A stretch of 63,769 bases of DNA, filler included, from Parasitella parasitica NRRL 2501 (taxonomy: Eukaryota > Fungi > Mucoromycota), in NCBI GenBank assembly GCA_025201805.1. It is 11 parts of 11 records of this genome, joined end to end, with 100 filler letters (N's around TTAATTAATTAA, not from the genome) between each part and the next. Parts side by side here need not be neighbours in the genome. Positions count along the whole stretch, not along the records: positions 45,942 to 51,647 come from MU619274.1; positions 51,748 to 57,460 come from MU619517.1; positions 57,561 to 59,539 come from MU619287.1; positions 59,640 to 60,902 come from MU619654.1; positions 61,003 to 62,196 come from MU619344.1; positions 62,297 to 63,769 come from MU619632.1; 5 more parts are not named here. One strand, given 5' to 3'. Below are positions 51,261 to 63,711 of this stretch, one piece after another. Position 1 is the first letter of the stretch; each line of letters starts with the position of its first letter. Position numbers and translations under genes: made by a program. The notes below the pieces were generated by a model. That model was not told where the DNA came from, did no database searches, and worked only from the letters and a program-made list of their open reading frames with translations.

Positions 51261-51647
51261 GACTAAATTGTTGAATTGTATGCGCTTGGCAGTGGTGGGG
51301 TTTGGGTCGAAGCAGGGAAAAGTTACTCCAAACAAAAGGCAACCAAGACCAGCAAGACCAATTGCAAGTGCTGAGACTTGGTCGCGGCACATTGTCTTGA
51401 AGGCATTGGGGCATTCTGAATTCAAGCAAAGAAATGAACCGGCTGTTCGCTGCATTTTGCCATTGAGAGCAGCCACAGGATGAGGAAGCTTGTGGAAGCA
51501 GAAAACACACGTTTGCGACGTATTATGTTCATTTGTTATCAGCGTAGGTGTATAGCGGCCATGTCGCTGCTGTTTCCAAAACCCGCCAAATCGTCTGTGT
51601 CCCTTGACACGAGAGCCGAATCCGTGTCCACGATCACCGACAAACAT
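51198..51647 (-). CDS. Fanzor1 (TnpB-like RNA-guided endonuclease), C-terminal RuvC-II/Zn-finger/RuvC-III part; 5' portion lost at contig break
   Basis: FVGDRG.G.GSRVKGH..FGG, TNEHNTSQTCVFC (RuvC-II Glu plus CxxC), CLNSEC, MCRDQVSALAI (RuvC-III Asp); open frame up to the gap. Confidence 0.88.
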   Translation of the reverse strand: MFVGDRGHGFGSRVKGHRRFGGFWKQQRHGRYTPTLITNEHNTSQTCVFCFHKLPHPVAALNGKMQRTAGSFLCLNSECPNAFKTMCRDQVSALAIGLAGLGCLLFGVTFPCFDPNPTTAKRIQFNNLVLSFLYRKRMLGSPFDGGNTL

Positions 51648-51747
51648 NNNNNNNNNNNNNNNNNNNNNNNNNNNNNNNNNNNNNNNNNNNNTTAATTAAT
51701 TAANNNNNNNNNNNNNNNNNNNNNNNNNNNNNNNNNNNNNNNNNNNN

Positions 51748-52126
51748 GTGACGATATGAAATTAAAGCGATAATAAATTACTGGTTCATACTACTACAAA
51801 AATTGAGAAATAAACAAAAGCTAAAGCTACATTTTTGTACGCAAATTTTACTTTTTTGAGCACATTTTTTTGAGTGTACGGGCACATTTTCGCTTCATGA
51901 GCACATTTTTCCAAGCCTTTTGAGCGTAATTTTAAGCCTATGAAACTAGTAATTTATGTGCTCATTTGAGCATAAAAATGTGATCATAAGATGTTTCAAT
52001 TTTTGTTCTCGCATGAGCACATTTATCGCCTTAACCTAGCTCGATAAGCACTTTTTTTTGGCTCTAAAGAATGTTCCCGTTCATGCACATCAATATTCTC
52101 ATAAGAACATCGGCGAGGCCATAGTG
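51748..52126 (-). mobile_element. CACTA/CMC terminus interrupting the Helitron gene
   Basis: Ends ...GAGGCCATAGTG (reverse complement CACTATGGCCTC); subterminal repeats shared with 14880-15215. Confidence 0.78.
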
Positions 52127-55100
52127 TCCTGAAGCTACGCCTGACCGTTTCAGAGATTTAATTATTGGAGAAGACAATGAGGGAAAAAGCATCAAATATT
52201 CTCACCCAAGTCTTTTAGCTCTTACCTTCCCTCATTTATTCACGACAAGCTCTGGTCATTATTCCCTCATGTCGAGCAAGAAACCGGCGCCAGAATATTC
52301 TACTCCGTTAGAGCAGCTTGCTTATGAGATCCCGGAGACCAAAGGAGGGGTAGCGCTCGCAACATTACGAGGCGAATCTCTTTCAAGCTTTGCAAAATCT
52401 CGTTTACTGATGAGGGATAGAAGATTCGCAAAAGACCCTTCGTTTTTATTCTTCATGCTTGATCTAGTCAAAAAGATGAATATTGCAACTGCAAACCGTT
52501 TTGTCGTGTCGACAAAGGGCAGAACTGAAAAATTAAAACAAAGCGACATCGTCAACAATACAACCAAAAAACCGAACAAGAATTTTGTATCAACTGTTCC
52601 TCCTCAAATTCGTTCTTCTTATGCTTACAAGCGCAAAAACTTTTTGGACCTACAATGCATTTTCGAGAATCTTGGATCTCCACAGCTATTTCTTACGTTT
52701 ACATGCAATGACAATAGTTTAGACTTCAAAGATTTGGTTGCTGACACTGCGCATCCATGGGATGACCCAGTAACTTTTGTAGCTCACTGGAAACAAAAAT
52801 GGTTAAAGTTTTTCAACAAATACGTCTTGGGTCATTTTGCTGATCAGATTGGTGGCGTAAAAGAGCACAGCTGGGTTATGGAAATTCAAAACAGACGAAG
52901 CCCACACATCCACCTTGTACTATGGACCGAAAAAACCGTAGATCAACTTATTGATATGGGTGTTGTTCACACAGGTTTTCCTCCGGGCGTATCGCAAAAT
53001 GATCCGTTAATGCATCACCTGGTCAATACTCATCAGTTGCATACTTGTAACAATAAGTGAGTATCTTAACACAATTTTCCAATGCAAAACTAACTGCTAT
53101 ATTATTTTAAAAAGCTATTGCAAACGAGGCCAACCTGACCGACCATGCCGTTTTGGTTTTCCAAGACCTCAATCACCTGTAACATATATGGACGAAAATC
53201 ACCAAGTAATTTATAAGAGGGATGTTACTGTTTGTATGGTAAACAATTATAATCCTTATTTACTGGCTGCATTTAGAGCAAACATGGACATTCAGTACAA
53301 TGATGGCCCGCAGGCAGTAAGATACCTTGCGAAATATATGGCGAAAGACGATTATAGCACTTCTGTCACTTTTAAAAACGTTGGAAGAACCAAAATCAAG
53401 GTCACTATCAGAAATCAGGGTATGTGAAAGAGTCTGAGCACCTGAAGACAAGAATTGTTGGCGCTGTTGAAGCAGTATACGATTTGTTAGGCTGGCACAA
53501 ACACAGCAATTCAAGAAACGTTATATTCTTAAAAACAGCTTTGATTGGTCATAGTTCTTTGAGGATACGAGGCGACGTAAAGCAGCTACCCGAAGACTCG
53601 GAAGATATCTATGCCAAAACTCAAATAGAAATTTACGAGAAACGAAATGGTGCAAACACTTTGACATTACCCCAGTTCTTTTGCTTTTATATTCGCAAAT
53701 CACAGGCACCAGAGAATACAGAAACAAGATTCAATAAACAGAAGATTTTATTCAGCATCTGAGCTGCCCAAGTTTGTGAACAGTGAAAAAACAACGTTTG
53801 TTTTGCGAACAAGAGACAGGGTGGCTTTCTGGAGAACGTATAACGAAAGTGAAATGAATGGAGAAACATTTTATTATCAACAAATAGTTACGAAGAAAGC
53901 TATTTTTAACACTACATTTGAAGAGGCAAAAGGTGCATATCGTACTTGGAAAGACTACTATGAATACTTAATTAGCATACCAGCTGAGGAAGGAGGAATT
54001 GAGCCGTCGACTGGAGGAACAAACATTCAAACTATAGACGATATTATTGATCTAGATAGAGGCGAAAAGGTAACCAAAAAAGAACTTAAAATTATGCTAC
54101 ACAATGCAAACAAAGATCAGAAGAGTATATACAACCAGATCAAGTATGAAATGGATGTCAATTCGGTAGTGTTTGTAAGTGGTGCTGCTGGGACAGGTAA
54201 ATCGTACGTGCTTAGAATGCTTGACCGATACTATCGTTTAAAAGGATATAAGGTATGCCATTTTGTATTGCAAAAATTGATTGCATTTGCCTGAAAACAT
54301 AATATCGTGGTGTGTAGGTTTTCAAGCTAGCTCCAACAGGTGTCGCAGCTCGTAACATTGGTGGACAAACATTGCATCGTTTTTTTGGCATGGCCAACAA
54401 ATCCATAATTTCAAATTTCCAAGTCCTAGATGAAAATGTCAAGCTCTATCCAAAACTCATCCTGCTCATAGACGAATACTCCATGATTAGCGCAACACTC
54501 TTGAAGTCGATGAACGATGCATTAGTAAAAACAACAAATAGGCCAGTAATAATGGGTGGCATAAAAACTATCTTTGGAGACATTGCACAGCTCCTACCAG
54601 TTCAAAAGAATGAGTCCTCAATATGGGCTACAAAAATCTACCATTCCGTAAACCGCTATGATCTACTTCGTCCTGTCAGGCAAAACGAGAAAGCCTTTAT
54701 CGATATTCTAAACAAAGTGCGTTTAGGTTATTTTGATGAAGATGTTATTCATTTCATCAATCAACAAACAATTTACAAAAAAGATCTGCCACTCAACTGT
54801 TTGCGTTTATATACAACGAGAGAAAGAGTCAAAAACGCAAATAAAAAAGATTTCAAAGAGTTTCCTGGCGACGAGATAAAATTCAAGGCAAATGATACTT
54901 TTGTGGGGACTGCTGGTACTGAAAGAAAAGCCTTGAAAGAAACTCGCCTTCTAGAAGATTTATGTCTGAAAGTCGGTATGCCTGTAATGCTTTTGCAGAA
55001 TATGAATGTTAGACTTGGATGGGTCAATGGGACAATTGCATGCGTTGTCGAAGTAGATGAAGATAACATTTGTTTAAGAAAGTTCACTGAAAATGATGAA

Positions 55101-55181
55101 GAGCATGGTGAAGAGCAATTGTACTGGATACAAAGGATTTCAAGGCAAGTACCAGGTACAAGCTATGTCAGATCGCAATGA
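52127..55181 (+). mobile_element. Helitron Rep-PIF1 helicase pseudogene, truncated at both ends
   Basis: Rep: LFLTFTCN, EIQNRRSPHIH (HUH), NNYNP, YLAKYMAK. PIF1: GAAGTGKS, LAPTGVAARNIGGQTLH, IDEYSM, FGDIAQLLPV, LKVGMPVMLLQN..GWVNGT. Introns and frameshifts. Confidence 0.93.
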
Positions 55182-55779
55182 TGAATAAAATTTTACAATT
55201 TCGTGCGACTTCTCGAAAACTGAAAGCAACTAGAATGGAATTACCAAACCCAAACAAAGCCTCCTTTTAAAGAAATTATAAATATCTTTAATTTATATTT
55301 GCTATATTCTTGTATCATTATAAACGATATACTTCTTCTATTGTTCGGATACAGTTGAAAGCTATGAATTATTACAAGTCTTTTTTTATTGTATTATATA
55401 TCTGAAATATACATCAAAGACCGATTTCAGGAACCAAGTGTCATAGGATATCCCCACTTTGTACTGGGATAAGCATCAGCCATTCAATTGCATCACTCAT
55501 TTTTAAATAAAGTCATCTCATTCTACTACGTATTTCTACTCATGCTCGCTTGATGATGTATTATACAGAGTGTAAGACATTACCGCTAAGATTTGATCTA
55601 TATCCCAAAAAGAACCCAAATACTGTAAATGGTTTCTCATGCAAGACATTTTATTTATTAACTCTACAGTATTTACTAAATAGAATAATCGATGCAATCT
55701 GACATTAGATTCGATTAGGAATGATTGCCATGACAACAGACTTAAAATAGTGGTAGCCATGGTAATCTATGATTCAACA

Positions 55780-56130
55780 CCGCAAACCGAAGCATTGCAT
55801 GCAGAAAATATAAAGCCAATTATTATCACATCTTCCGTTGGTGTTTTGATGACCAATATGCTATCAAAACAACTACACCTGATATTAAAGCACAAATGTT
55901 CAGGTTTTAAAAAGATGAGTCGGGAATCTCACGTCTTGAGGCTCCCAAAAATTGGCTTAAACATAACGAGAAATCAGCCGGCTACTTGCTCGTACAATTG
56001 CTGGAAGACAAACAGCCAGGATTTTCAAAAAATCCTCCATCCTGTCTCACTGGTGTGCCATGCAAAAGCACTCAGTCCAAGCTAGACGCCATCCACACAT
56101 TCTACATACTGATCTGTACACAGCCAAATA
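55780..56130 (+). mobile_element. LINE (L1/Tx1-like) ORF2 fragment from the linker between endonuclease and RT
   Basis: Alternative frames give NWLKHNEKSAGYL, ILHPV and SKLDAIHTFY, matching the W.E.GEK..YF...FY..LY pattern. Confidence 0.6.
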
Positions 56131-56254
56131 TATTGTTGTAAATTGTTTTAATATAATGTGGTGCCATATAAAGACCAGTCCTCCCCATTGATACCTTCAT
56201 ATTGCCGAAGCGGTCGATAGTGACGCCATATACAGTAGACGGGTCGTTTCACCT

Positions 56255-57320
56255 TGATCTGCCATAATTATAGATAGGAGATTATGGCAATGTACTTCAA
56301 TTGAAGATTGAAGATTGTCCAATGATGTGATGTGATACGCTTGTGTAAATTGGANNNNNNNNNNNNNNNNNNNNNNNNNNNNNNNNNNNNNNNNNNNNNN
56401 NNNNNNNNNNNNNNNNNNNNNNNNNNNNNNNNNNNNNNNNNNNNNNNNNNNNNNNNNNNNNNNNNNNNNNNNNNNNNNNNNNNNNNNNNNNNNNNNNNNN
56501 NNNNNNNNNNNNNNNNNNNNNNNNNNNNNNNNNNNNNNNNNNNNNNNNNNNNNNNNNNNNNNNNNNNNNNNNNNNNNNNNNNNNNNNNNNNNNNNNNNNN
56601 NNNNNNNNNNNNNNNNNNNNNNNNNNNNNNNNNNNNNNNNNNNNNNNNNNNNNNNNNNNNNNNNNNNNNNNNNNNNNNNNNNNNNNNNNNNNNNNNNNNN
56701 NNNNNNNNNNNNNNNNNNNNNNNNNNNNNNNNNNNNNNNNNNNNNNNNNNNNNNNNNNNNNNNNNNNNNNNNNNNNNNNNNNNNNNNNNNNNNNNNNNNN
56801 NNNNNNNNNNNNNNNNNNNNNNNNNNNNNNNNNNNNNNNNNNNNNNNNNNNNNNNNNNNNNNNNNNNNNNNNNNNNNNNNNNNNNNNNNNNNNNNNNNNN
56901 NNNNNNNNNNNNNNNNNNNNNNNNNNNNNNNNNNNNNNNNNNNNNNNNNNNNNNNNNNNNNNNNNNNNNNNNNNNNNNNNNNNNNNNNNNNNNNNNNNNN
57001 NNNNNNNNNNNNNNNNNNNNNNNNNNNNNNNNNNNNNNNNNNNNNNNNNNNNNNNNNNNNNNNNNNNNNNNNNNNNNNNNNNGTTAAGGCTCTGTCAGAT
57101 CAAAGACGTGTAGCCCTTGCTGTATAACCTCATATCGTACCCTGTCAAGTAGATTTTCACTGTGAATTAGTCTTGTCAATTAGTAATCTAAATAAGTCAC
57201 CATAAATTTATGTAGTTGTAAAAAGTATAAATAGCAGAGGCAATTTCGATCTTAAATAAAGTATCTTTAGTTTCGTATCTCGTTAACCTTTGGTTTTTTT
57301 ATTATCTTTTTGATCCAACA
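56255..57320 (-). mobile_element. LTR family A sequence spanning an N gap
   Basis: tgatctgccataattatag... on the left and ...ttttgatccaaca on the right. Confidence 0.75.
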
Positions 57321-59119
57321 CACACCACGGCGGTAAAAGGTTCAGTCTCTGAAGAGAGCTTCTTATTTTCTGCAGAAAATAGATTCAGACGGTGAAGATA
57401 TCTTCATTTTTTCTGAAAATTCTTAGAAATCGATTTAAAATAATGTTACTGTCATCCTTCNNNNNNNNNNNNNNNNNNNNNNNNNNNNNNNNNNNNNNNN
57501 NNNNTTAATTAATTAANNNNNNNNNNNNNNNNNNNNNNNNNNNNNNNNNNNNNNNNNNNNATGAATCTAGAAGTGGAATGCAGATCATCATGGTGAATGT
57601 ATTTCACAGATATGTTACATTAGCTCATATTCTTGGATCAATCTCAACAATGAAACATATCAAACCAATTGACAATGATAACACGGTGTATTTTCTATTC
57701 GTTCATCAACAGTGACAACATACTACCACATTAATCTATTGGTTATTACAGCTACCTGTCGGTTTTCGCCTATTAATTGAAGGTTGAATCTCATCTCAAT
57801 TCCAATATTGACACTGACATTCAAATGGAATTGTATAAAGACTTTTAGAAACCAGGACCAGAGCAATCCTGGCTTCCTTTTCAATCTTTAATAAAGACCC
57901 TACGTTCTCCGTGATATAATCGCTTGTAGTCTCTTTATTTAATTGTCTTTGGAAATAATCGTTATTCATATAACTCTCACTACCATCTCAGTTGTAGTAA
58001 ATAATTGAAGATATAAATACCCTGTATTTATATCATAATAAACGAGATACTTCTTTTATAGTTCGGATACAGTTGAAAGCTGTGAATTATTACAAGTCTC
58101 TTTTAATTGTATTGAAATATCTGAAATATACATCATTGAGTTTGACTTCCGATTGGGAAATTGACACATCACTTATTGATCAGGAGTGCAAGCTTCTACC
58201 AACACTTGTTAATGTTTACTTGTGCTTTTCATGTATTTCTTTCTTGGATGGATCAGCCATGATCCATTTGGATTTTATTGTAATGTAATTGTGGTGCCAT
58301 ATAATGGGTGGCATTTCATTACATACACAAGGGCGTATCACATCACATCATTATTATATTGTTGTGGAGGACAATCTTCAATCTTTAATTGAAGTAGGTT
58401 GCCATGATCTCCTGTCTATAATTATGGCAGATCACATATCTAGACGCGAAAGTATCCCATCATGTTGGTTAATCCGTTCAGTAACTGAAGTAAGTTGTTG
58501 AAGTTGCTGCAGTAGCAAATGTAGTTGATTCATGTCCATCATGTAATTTGTGGATTATCAGTCATGGTTGATAAAATATGAAGCAGTTGTTCGACAAGGC
58601 TGAAACTATAACGCAAGATACTATAATGTAAGGCAAGTATACTGGTATAATTTCGAGCTGGTTGTATTACTGACTGTCGAGAAAATATGTTTTTTGCTGA
58701 AGTGAAAGTATTTTTACTAGGATATAATTGTAATAAAGGTCGAAAAAACGAAAAAAATGCCTGTTTGGCTCAGGCGAAAATTTAGGATGTTTATTAATAT
58801 GAAATGAAGAATTAATAAAGCAAATGCTATATTGCATTCGATCTTTTGATCATTATTGCAAGTATTGGGAAACAAAAAGGTTGGGATCGGGAACTATGTC
58901 CGAAAAGAAAAAAAAGGAAGCAAAAGATATCTCAGATCACCAATGAAATCTATAGTTGGCAGGGTGGTGGATGGGAGACGCATGGCTACTAAGGAGGAAG
59001 ATCAATGACAACATGGATGCCCTCGCATCGTGCATAGAAAAAGATTGTAGCAGTGGAGGGACAAACAGAGGAAGCAAATCACGATCGGTTCACCACAGAG
59101 CAGGAAAGAAATTGGACGC

Positions 59120-59345
59120 CTGTTAGGCTGGGGAAGCCCACACTTGTCCAGGAGCAGGGTCTGTCGTGTAATCCCCGTCAGGATTACAGAGCTGGTCAAA
59201 ATGCCAAAGAAGAGTGCAGAGATCAGACCACCAAGGTGGACAGTTGGAGGAGGAGGGAGAGGTCGGCAACAGATTCAATGCATGGTCGATAATTGTACCA
59301 TGAAAAGTGTCATGAACCTGTCGAGCCTTCAAGCCCAAACAATTA
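59120..59345 (-). mobile_element. Probable C-terminal fragment of a non-LTR retrotransposon ORF
   Basis: IIDHALNLLP...WWSDLCTLLWHFDQLCNP resembles, from memory, Mucorales LINE ORF C-termini. Confidence 0.4.
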
Positions 59346-59917
59346 TACATCTTGATCTAAAAATATATATCACCTCGTTCTTCCCTAATCAATCCACATT
59401 GCATTCTTGCCTCTCTGATTCACACTGTCATTCTTGCCTTACTCATCCACATTATACTTGTAAAATACATTCACCATGATGATCTGCATTCCACTTCTAG
59501 ATTCATCCAGTTACCTTAAATTGATATAAACTACATATGNNNNNNNNNNNNNNNNNNNNNNNNNNNNNNNNNNNNNNNNNNNNTTAATTAATTAANNNNN
59601 NNNNNNNNNNNNNNNNNNNNNNNNNNNNNNNNNNNNNNNTTGTTTATATATATCATCTTGCATCCAACATATAATGAATCTCAATAATATCTTTAGTTGA
59701 AAATATATATTCATTTTTAAATAGAATTGTAATTGTAAAACAAAAACTCTAGCCCTATACATGCAGTGTTAAGACTAATTTTGCAATAAATATCTATCAA
59801 TGGTTCAGTGGATGAACAGTATCAGTAGTATATTTTTTTATGATTACGAATTATCCAGTAGTGATTGATATATAGGCAAAATCATTGATGTTTTACCGGT
59901 GATTGATTTATCAATGC

Positions 59918-60156
59918 TGTCATATCAATAACATGTCATAGACCTTGTAGCAAGATCAAGGGGCTAAAAGCCAATGTGCGTGGTAAATCACGGATTTACA
60001 CCGCATGCTCTACATTATATATAAATCTTGGTTACAGTTGTGTATGATGACGTTAGCACATAATGTTAGTTTATATAAATACATCCAGAGGATGTGTTTC
60101 TAATAAAAGTGTAACTCTTTGGCAGATTCATTTTACTGACTTATTTTGACATAACA
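59918..60156 (-). mobile_element. Solo LTR, family C, with 5-bp TSD AATGC
   Basis: aatgc|TGTCATATCAA...TTGACATAACA|aatgc. Confidence 0.9.
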
Positions 60157-61104
60157 AATGCTGCTAATTGCTAATCGCAAGCGATTATCGTATTTATCAC
60201 TGGTCATCAATTTAGTCTTTGTGATAAAAGCATCACTAGTGATAAAATGGTTTATCACCAGTCATCCAGTAATACACCTAGTCACTAGTCATTAGAACTG
60301 ATAATAAATCTGAAAAAAAATAGCACTGAACTTAGCCATGGTGTTCACACTCACGTAAGATTAGAATAGTTACGATAGAATTATTCTATTGTCCTGATGA
60401 TTGACCATCTCTAATCAACCCAAGTAGTATGATAGTATACTACTAAGCCAGAGCGTCTGATTAGAATTTATAACACGACATATAAAGAATAATGGAACCG
60501 TTAAGAAATAACGATACAACTGTCTGCTAGTAAGACGACACCCAAATAATATACATAGAGATATAAAATAAGAGCTTATTGCGCACTCAATCTACTTTCA
60601 AAATAAAGAAGGATTTTAATCGTATCTTGCACCATGGCGAAAAAAAATGATAAATCTTGATCATTATTGACGAATTTGTCAGTGTATTGATTGTTTTGTC
60701 AATAATGACAAATTTAAGCAGAAAAAAATTAACCTTTGATCGTTTTGTGTCAATTTGTTTTTTTTTTCCACTTGATTTAATTTTTTGGACCTGTTTTTTA
60801 AATAAAAAATAGCTGTAAAATATCTAAAATATTTCAAAATCATTGAAGACACAAATTCACTGATAAATCAATCATCAATGATTGAATTTTTGAATCTATT
60901 ATNNNNNNNNNNNNNNNNNNNNNNNNNNNNNNNNNNNNNNNNNNNNTTAATTAATTAANNNNNNNNNNNNNNNNNNNNNNNNNNNNNNNNNNNNNNNNNN
61001 NNTTATGATTGTAGTGGTGGAATAGGTCTTAAACTTAATTCTGGAACGTTTTAATGGAATAAAAGTTGAAATATACGTTTATTAACACAAAGATTAATTG
61101 GATA

Positions 61105-61448
61105 TGCTGGATCAAAAAAAAAAGATAATAAAAACCAAATGTTAACGAGATAAGAAAACTTAAAGATACTTTATTTAAGATCGAAATTGCATCTGCTGCT
61201 GTTTATACCTTTTACAGCTACATAAATTTATGGTGACTTATTTAGATTACTAATTGACAAGACTAATTCACAGTGACAATTTACTTGACAGCAGAGTACG
61301 ATGTAAGATTATACAACAAGGGCTACACGACTTTGATCTGACAGTGCCTTAACCTTTATCCTGGTGCTCAGATCTGTGTTACTTACAGAAATAACCTCTT
61401 GATTTGAAACAGGGACTTTATTCTCCAGTCTATAATTATGGCAGATCA
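61105..61448 (+). mobile_element. LTR family A, internally deleted
   Basis: TGCTGGATCAAAA...ATGGCAGATCA. Confidence 0.75.
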
Positions 61449-61975
61449 AAATGGTAAACAAAAATAGACGCCATATACGGATAAAAAGGCAAAACCTTAT
61501 TTTTTTTTTTTCATCTCGAAATGCTGGTTTCAATGATACGAAAAAAATGATGTGCTGTATACGCACTGCTACATCTTCACCCAAGTACTACGCTTCCAGG
61601 TTTAATGCAAATATAAAATATATATGATTGTATCAAATACATATTATTAGTATATTATTTCAACTGTCACTAGATATCGTAATACCTCGGCTGCCATGAC
61701 ATCAACAAAATATGCGGACTTATTCAAATGTCAAGAGGTGCAAACAAACTATTTGATATATATTATATCAGCTCATATTTTTCGATCAATCTCAAAAATG
61801 AAACATATCAAAGCAATTGCCATGGCTGACACGGTTTGTTCTCTATTCGTTCATCGAAACCGACAACATACTATCACATTTATCTAGATTTTTTATTACA
61901 GTTACTATCTCACTCGTAGTAAATAATTGAAGATATAGATACCCTCTATTTATTATCTTAATAAATGATATACAT

Positions 61976-62196
61976 TGTTATGCGCAGAGGATATATAAAT
62001 ATGATCTGCTCAAAAAAATGTATAACTTTATAAAAATAAAATCAGACACAAAAACTAGTGATGACTTTATTGATAAGAAAATACCATCTTTTTATACTAG
62101 ATTATATCTATTGTAATACTATTTGTCATCATGGTTTAATATTGAACTTGGTATGTAATACCAAGTTTATTACATGTTCTACTGTACATTAATAGC
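61976..62196 (-). mobile_element. LTR family B, truncated by contig end
   Basis: Reverse complement of ~13947-14164. Confidence 0.85.
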
Positions 62197-62296
62197 NNNN
62201 NNNNNNNNNNNNNNNNNNNNNNNNNNNNNNNNNNNNNNNNTTAATTAATTAANNNNNNNNNNNNNNNNNNNNNNNNNNNNNNNNNNNNNNNNNNNN

Positions 62297-62420
62297 TGCT
62301 TCGACATCTTGCGATGCAGATCACTGATCAAAGGAAGTGGGAATCGTTCGAGTTTCTCGGGATCCAATGCATTATTGATCAACCGACAGTCAATTACGAC
62401 ACGATGTTCTTTTCCAGTGT
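62297..62420 (-). mobile_element. Ty3/Gypsy reverse transcriptase fragment
   Basis: GKEHRVVIDCRLINNAL...RFPLPLISDL matches the R.viDyR.lN...fPlP.i.dl motif. Confidence 0.8.
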
Positions 62421-63282
62421 AGATGCCAGAAATGGCTTGTTTATTACACAATAAGGAAAGCTCAGTCGCATTAGAAATAATCAGGATCCTCAAAGATTAC
62501 AATCCTGCCCAAAACCATAATATCATCAATTTTAATACCAACATATCGAAATCTCAACTACAATACAAGTGAGAGAATGTCAAAAAAAGTCATTCTTCAA
62601 ATAAGCTGTAAAATAAGCATTCTCACTGTAGTGAGACAATTTTACAAGTAGTATAAATACAAGCTCTCTTAAAGAGCATGTATCTTATCTTCAGTTTTCT
62701 TTTAAATCGAAAATAAAGGTGGAAAGACTATAATTGTATTTCTCTGGCTTTATTTTTTTACTTTTCTTTATTTTCACATAAAATTGATTCCAATTTTATT
62801 GCACTGCCAAAAAAAATTGCATATCGAGCTAGCTTAAGGCGAGATTAATGTGCTCGTGTGAGAAGAACAATAATACCTAACCACTAACGTTGTCGTGACA
62901 TAAAGATATTATAAATGCTTAAAAAAGAACCAAGGAAGTGGCATCTTGAAAAAAGGTAGCAAGGGTTTTAACTTCATAAATTTTAACATATCCAGGGCAA
63001 ATATGATCAGCAAACCTCTCATATATTATTGTACGTGTTTAGATATTGGGCACAAAAATATACATGTAGCATGCGTAAGCAGTAGAAGAAGAGATCCAGT
63101 TTCAAAGTATTGTTAGCTGCAGTAAATTTTTGAATGATTCACGAACATGAAAAAATACAAAAATAGAAGCGTTATAAATTACAGTTATAATTAAGTTTGG
63201 GGTTCTTCTTTATTATAGAAATATACTGAGGTTTTAGCTAGAGAAAAACATCTTAGTTTTATAGGATTTAAATTGTCGTATA

Positions 63283-63711
63283 TGATCTGCCATGATTTAG
63301 GATAGGAGATCATGATAATGTTCTTCAATTAAAGATTGGAGGTTGTGTCCAATAATGATGTGTTGTTATACTTGTCGAAACAGGAGAATAAAGTCTTTGT
63401 TTCAAATCAAGAGGGTTATCTGTAACACAGATCTGTATGATTGACAAACAATAAGGTACTGTCAGATCAAAGATCAATAACCTTGTAGTATAATAATATA
63501 TCGTACCCTGTTAAGGATATGATGTTGCTTGCAAATTATTCTTATCGATTAGTATCGACTAGTATTTTAAATAAGTCACCAAAAATTTATGTTGTTGTAA
63601 AAAGTATATAAATAGCAGATGCAAAGTTGAATCTTTAATAAAGTAATCTCAAGTTTTCGTATCTCGTTAATTCAACGTTTTATATTATACTTTTCTTATT
63701 TTGATCTTGCA
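63283..63711 (-). mobile_element. Old diverged LTR family A copy
   Basis: tgatctgccatgat...ttttcgtatctcgttaa...ttttgatcttgca. Confidence 0.7.

Noticed and set aside
51198-55181. Fanzor carried by the adjacent Helitron or CACTA element
   Set aside because: They are separated by the artificial TTAATTAATTAA linker at 51648-51747, so physical linkage is not supported.
15497-62296. Recurrent TTAATTAATTAA as a biological repeat or CRISPR-like array
   Set aside because: Always centred in N runs of fixed total length; it is a six-frame stop linker added during assembly.
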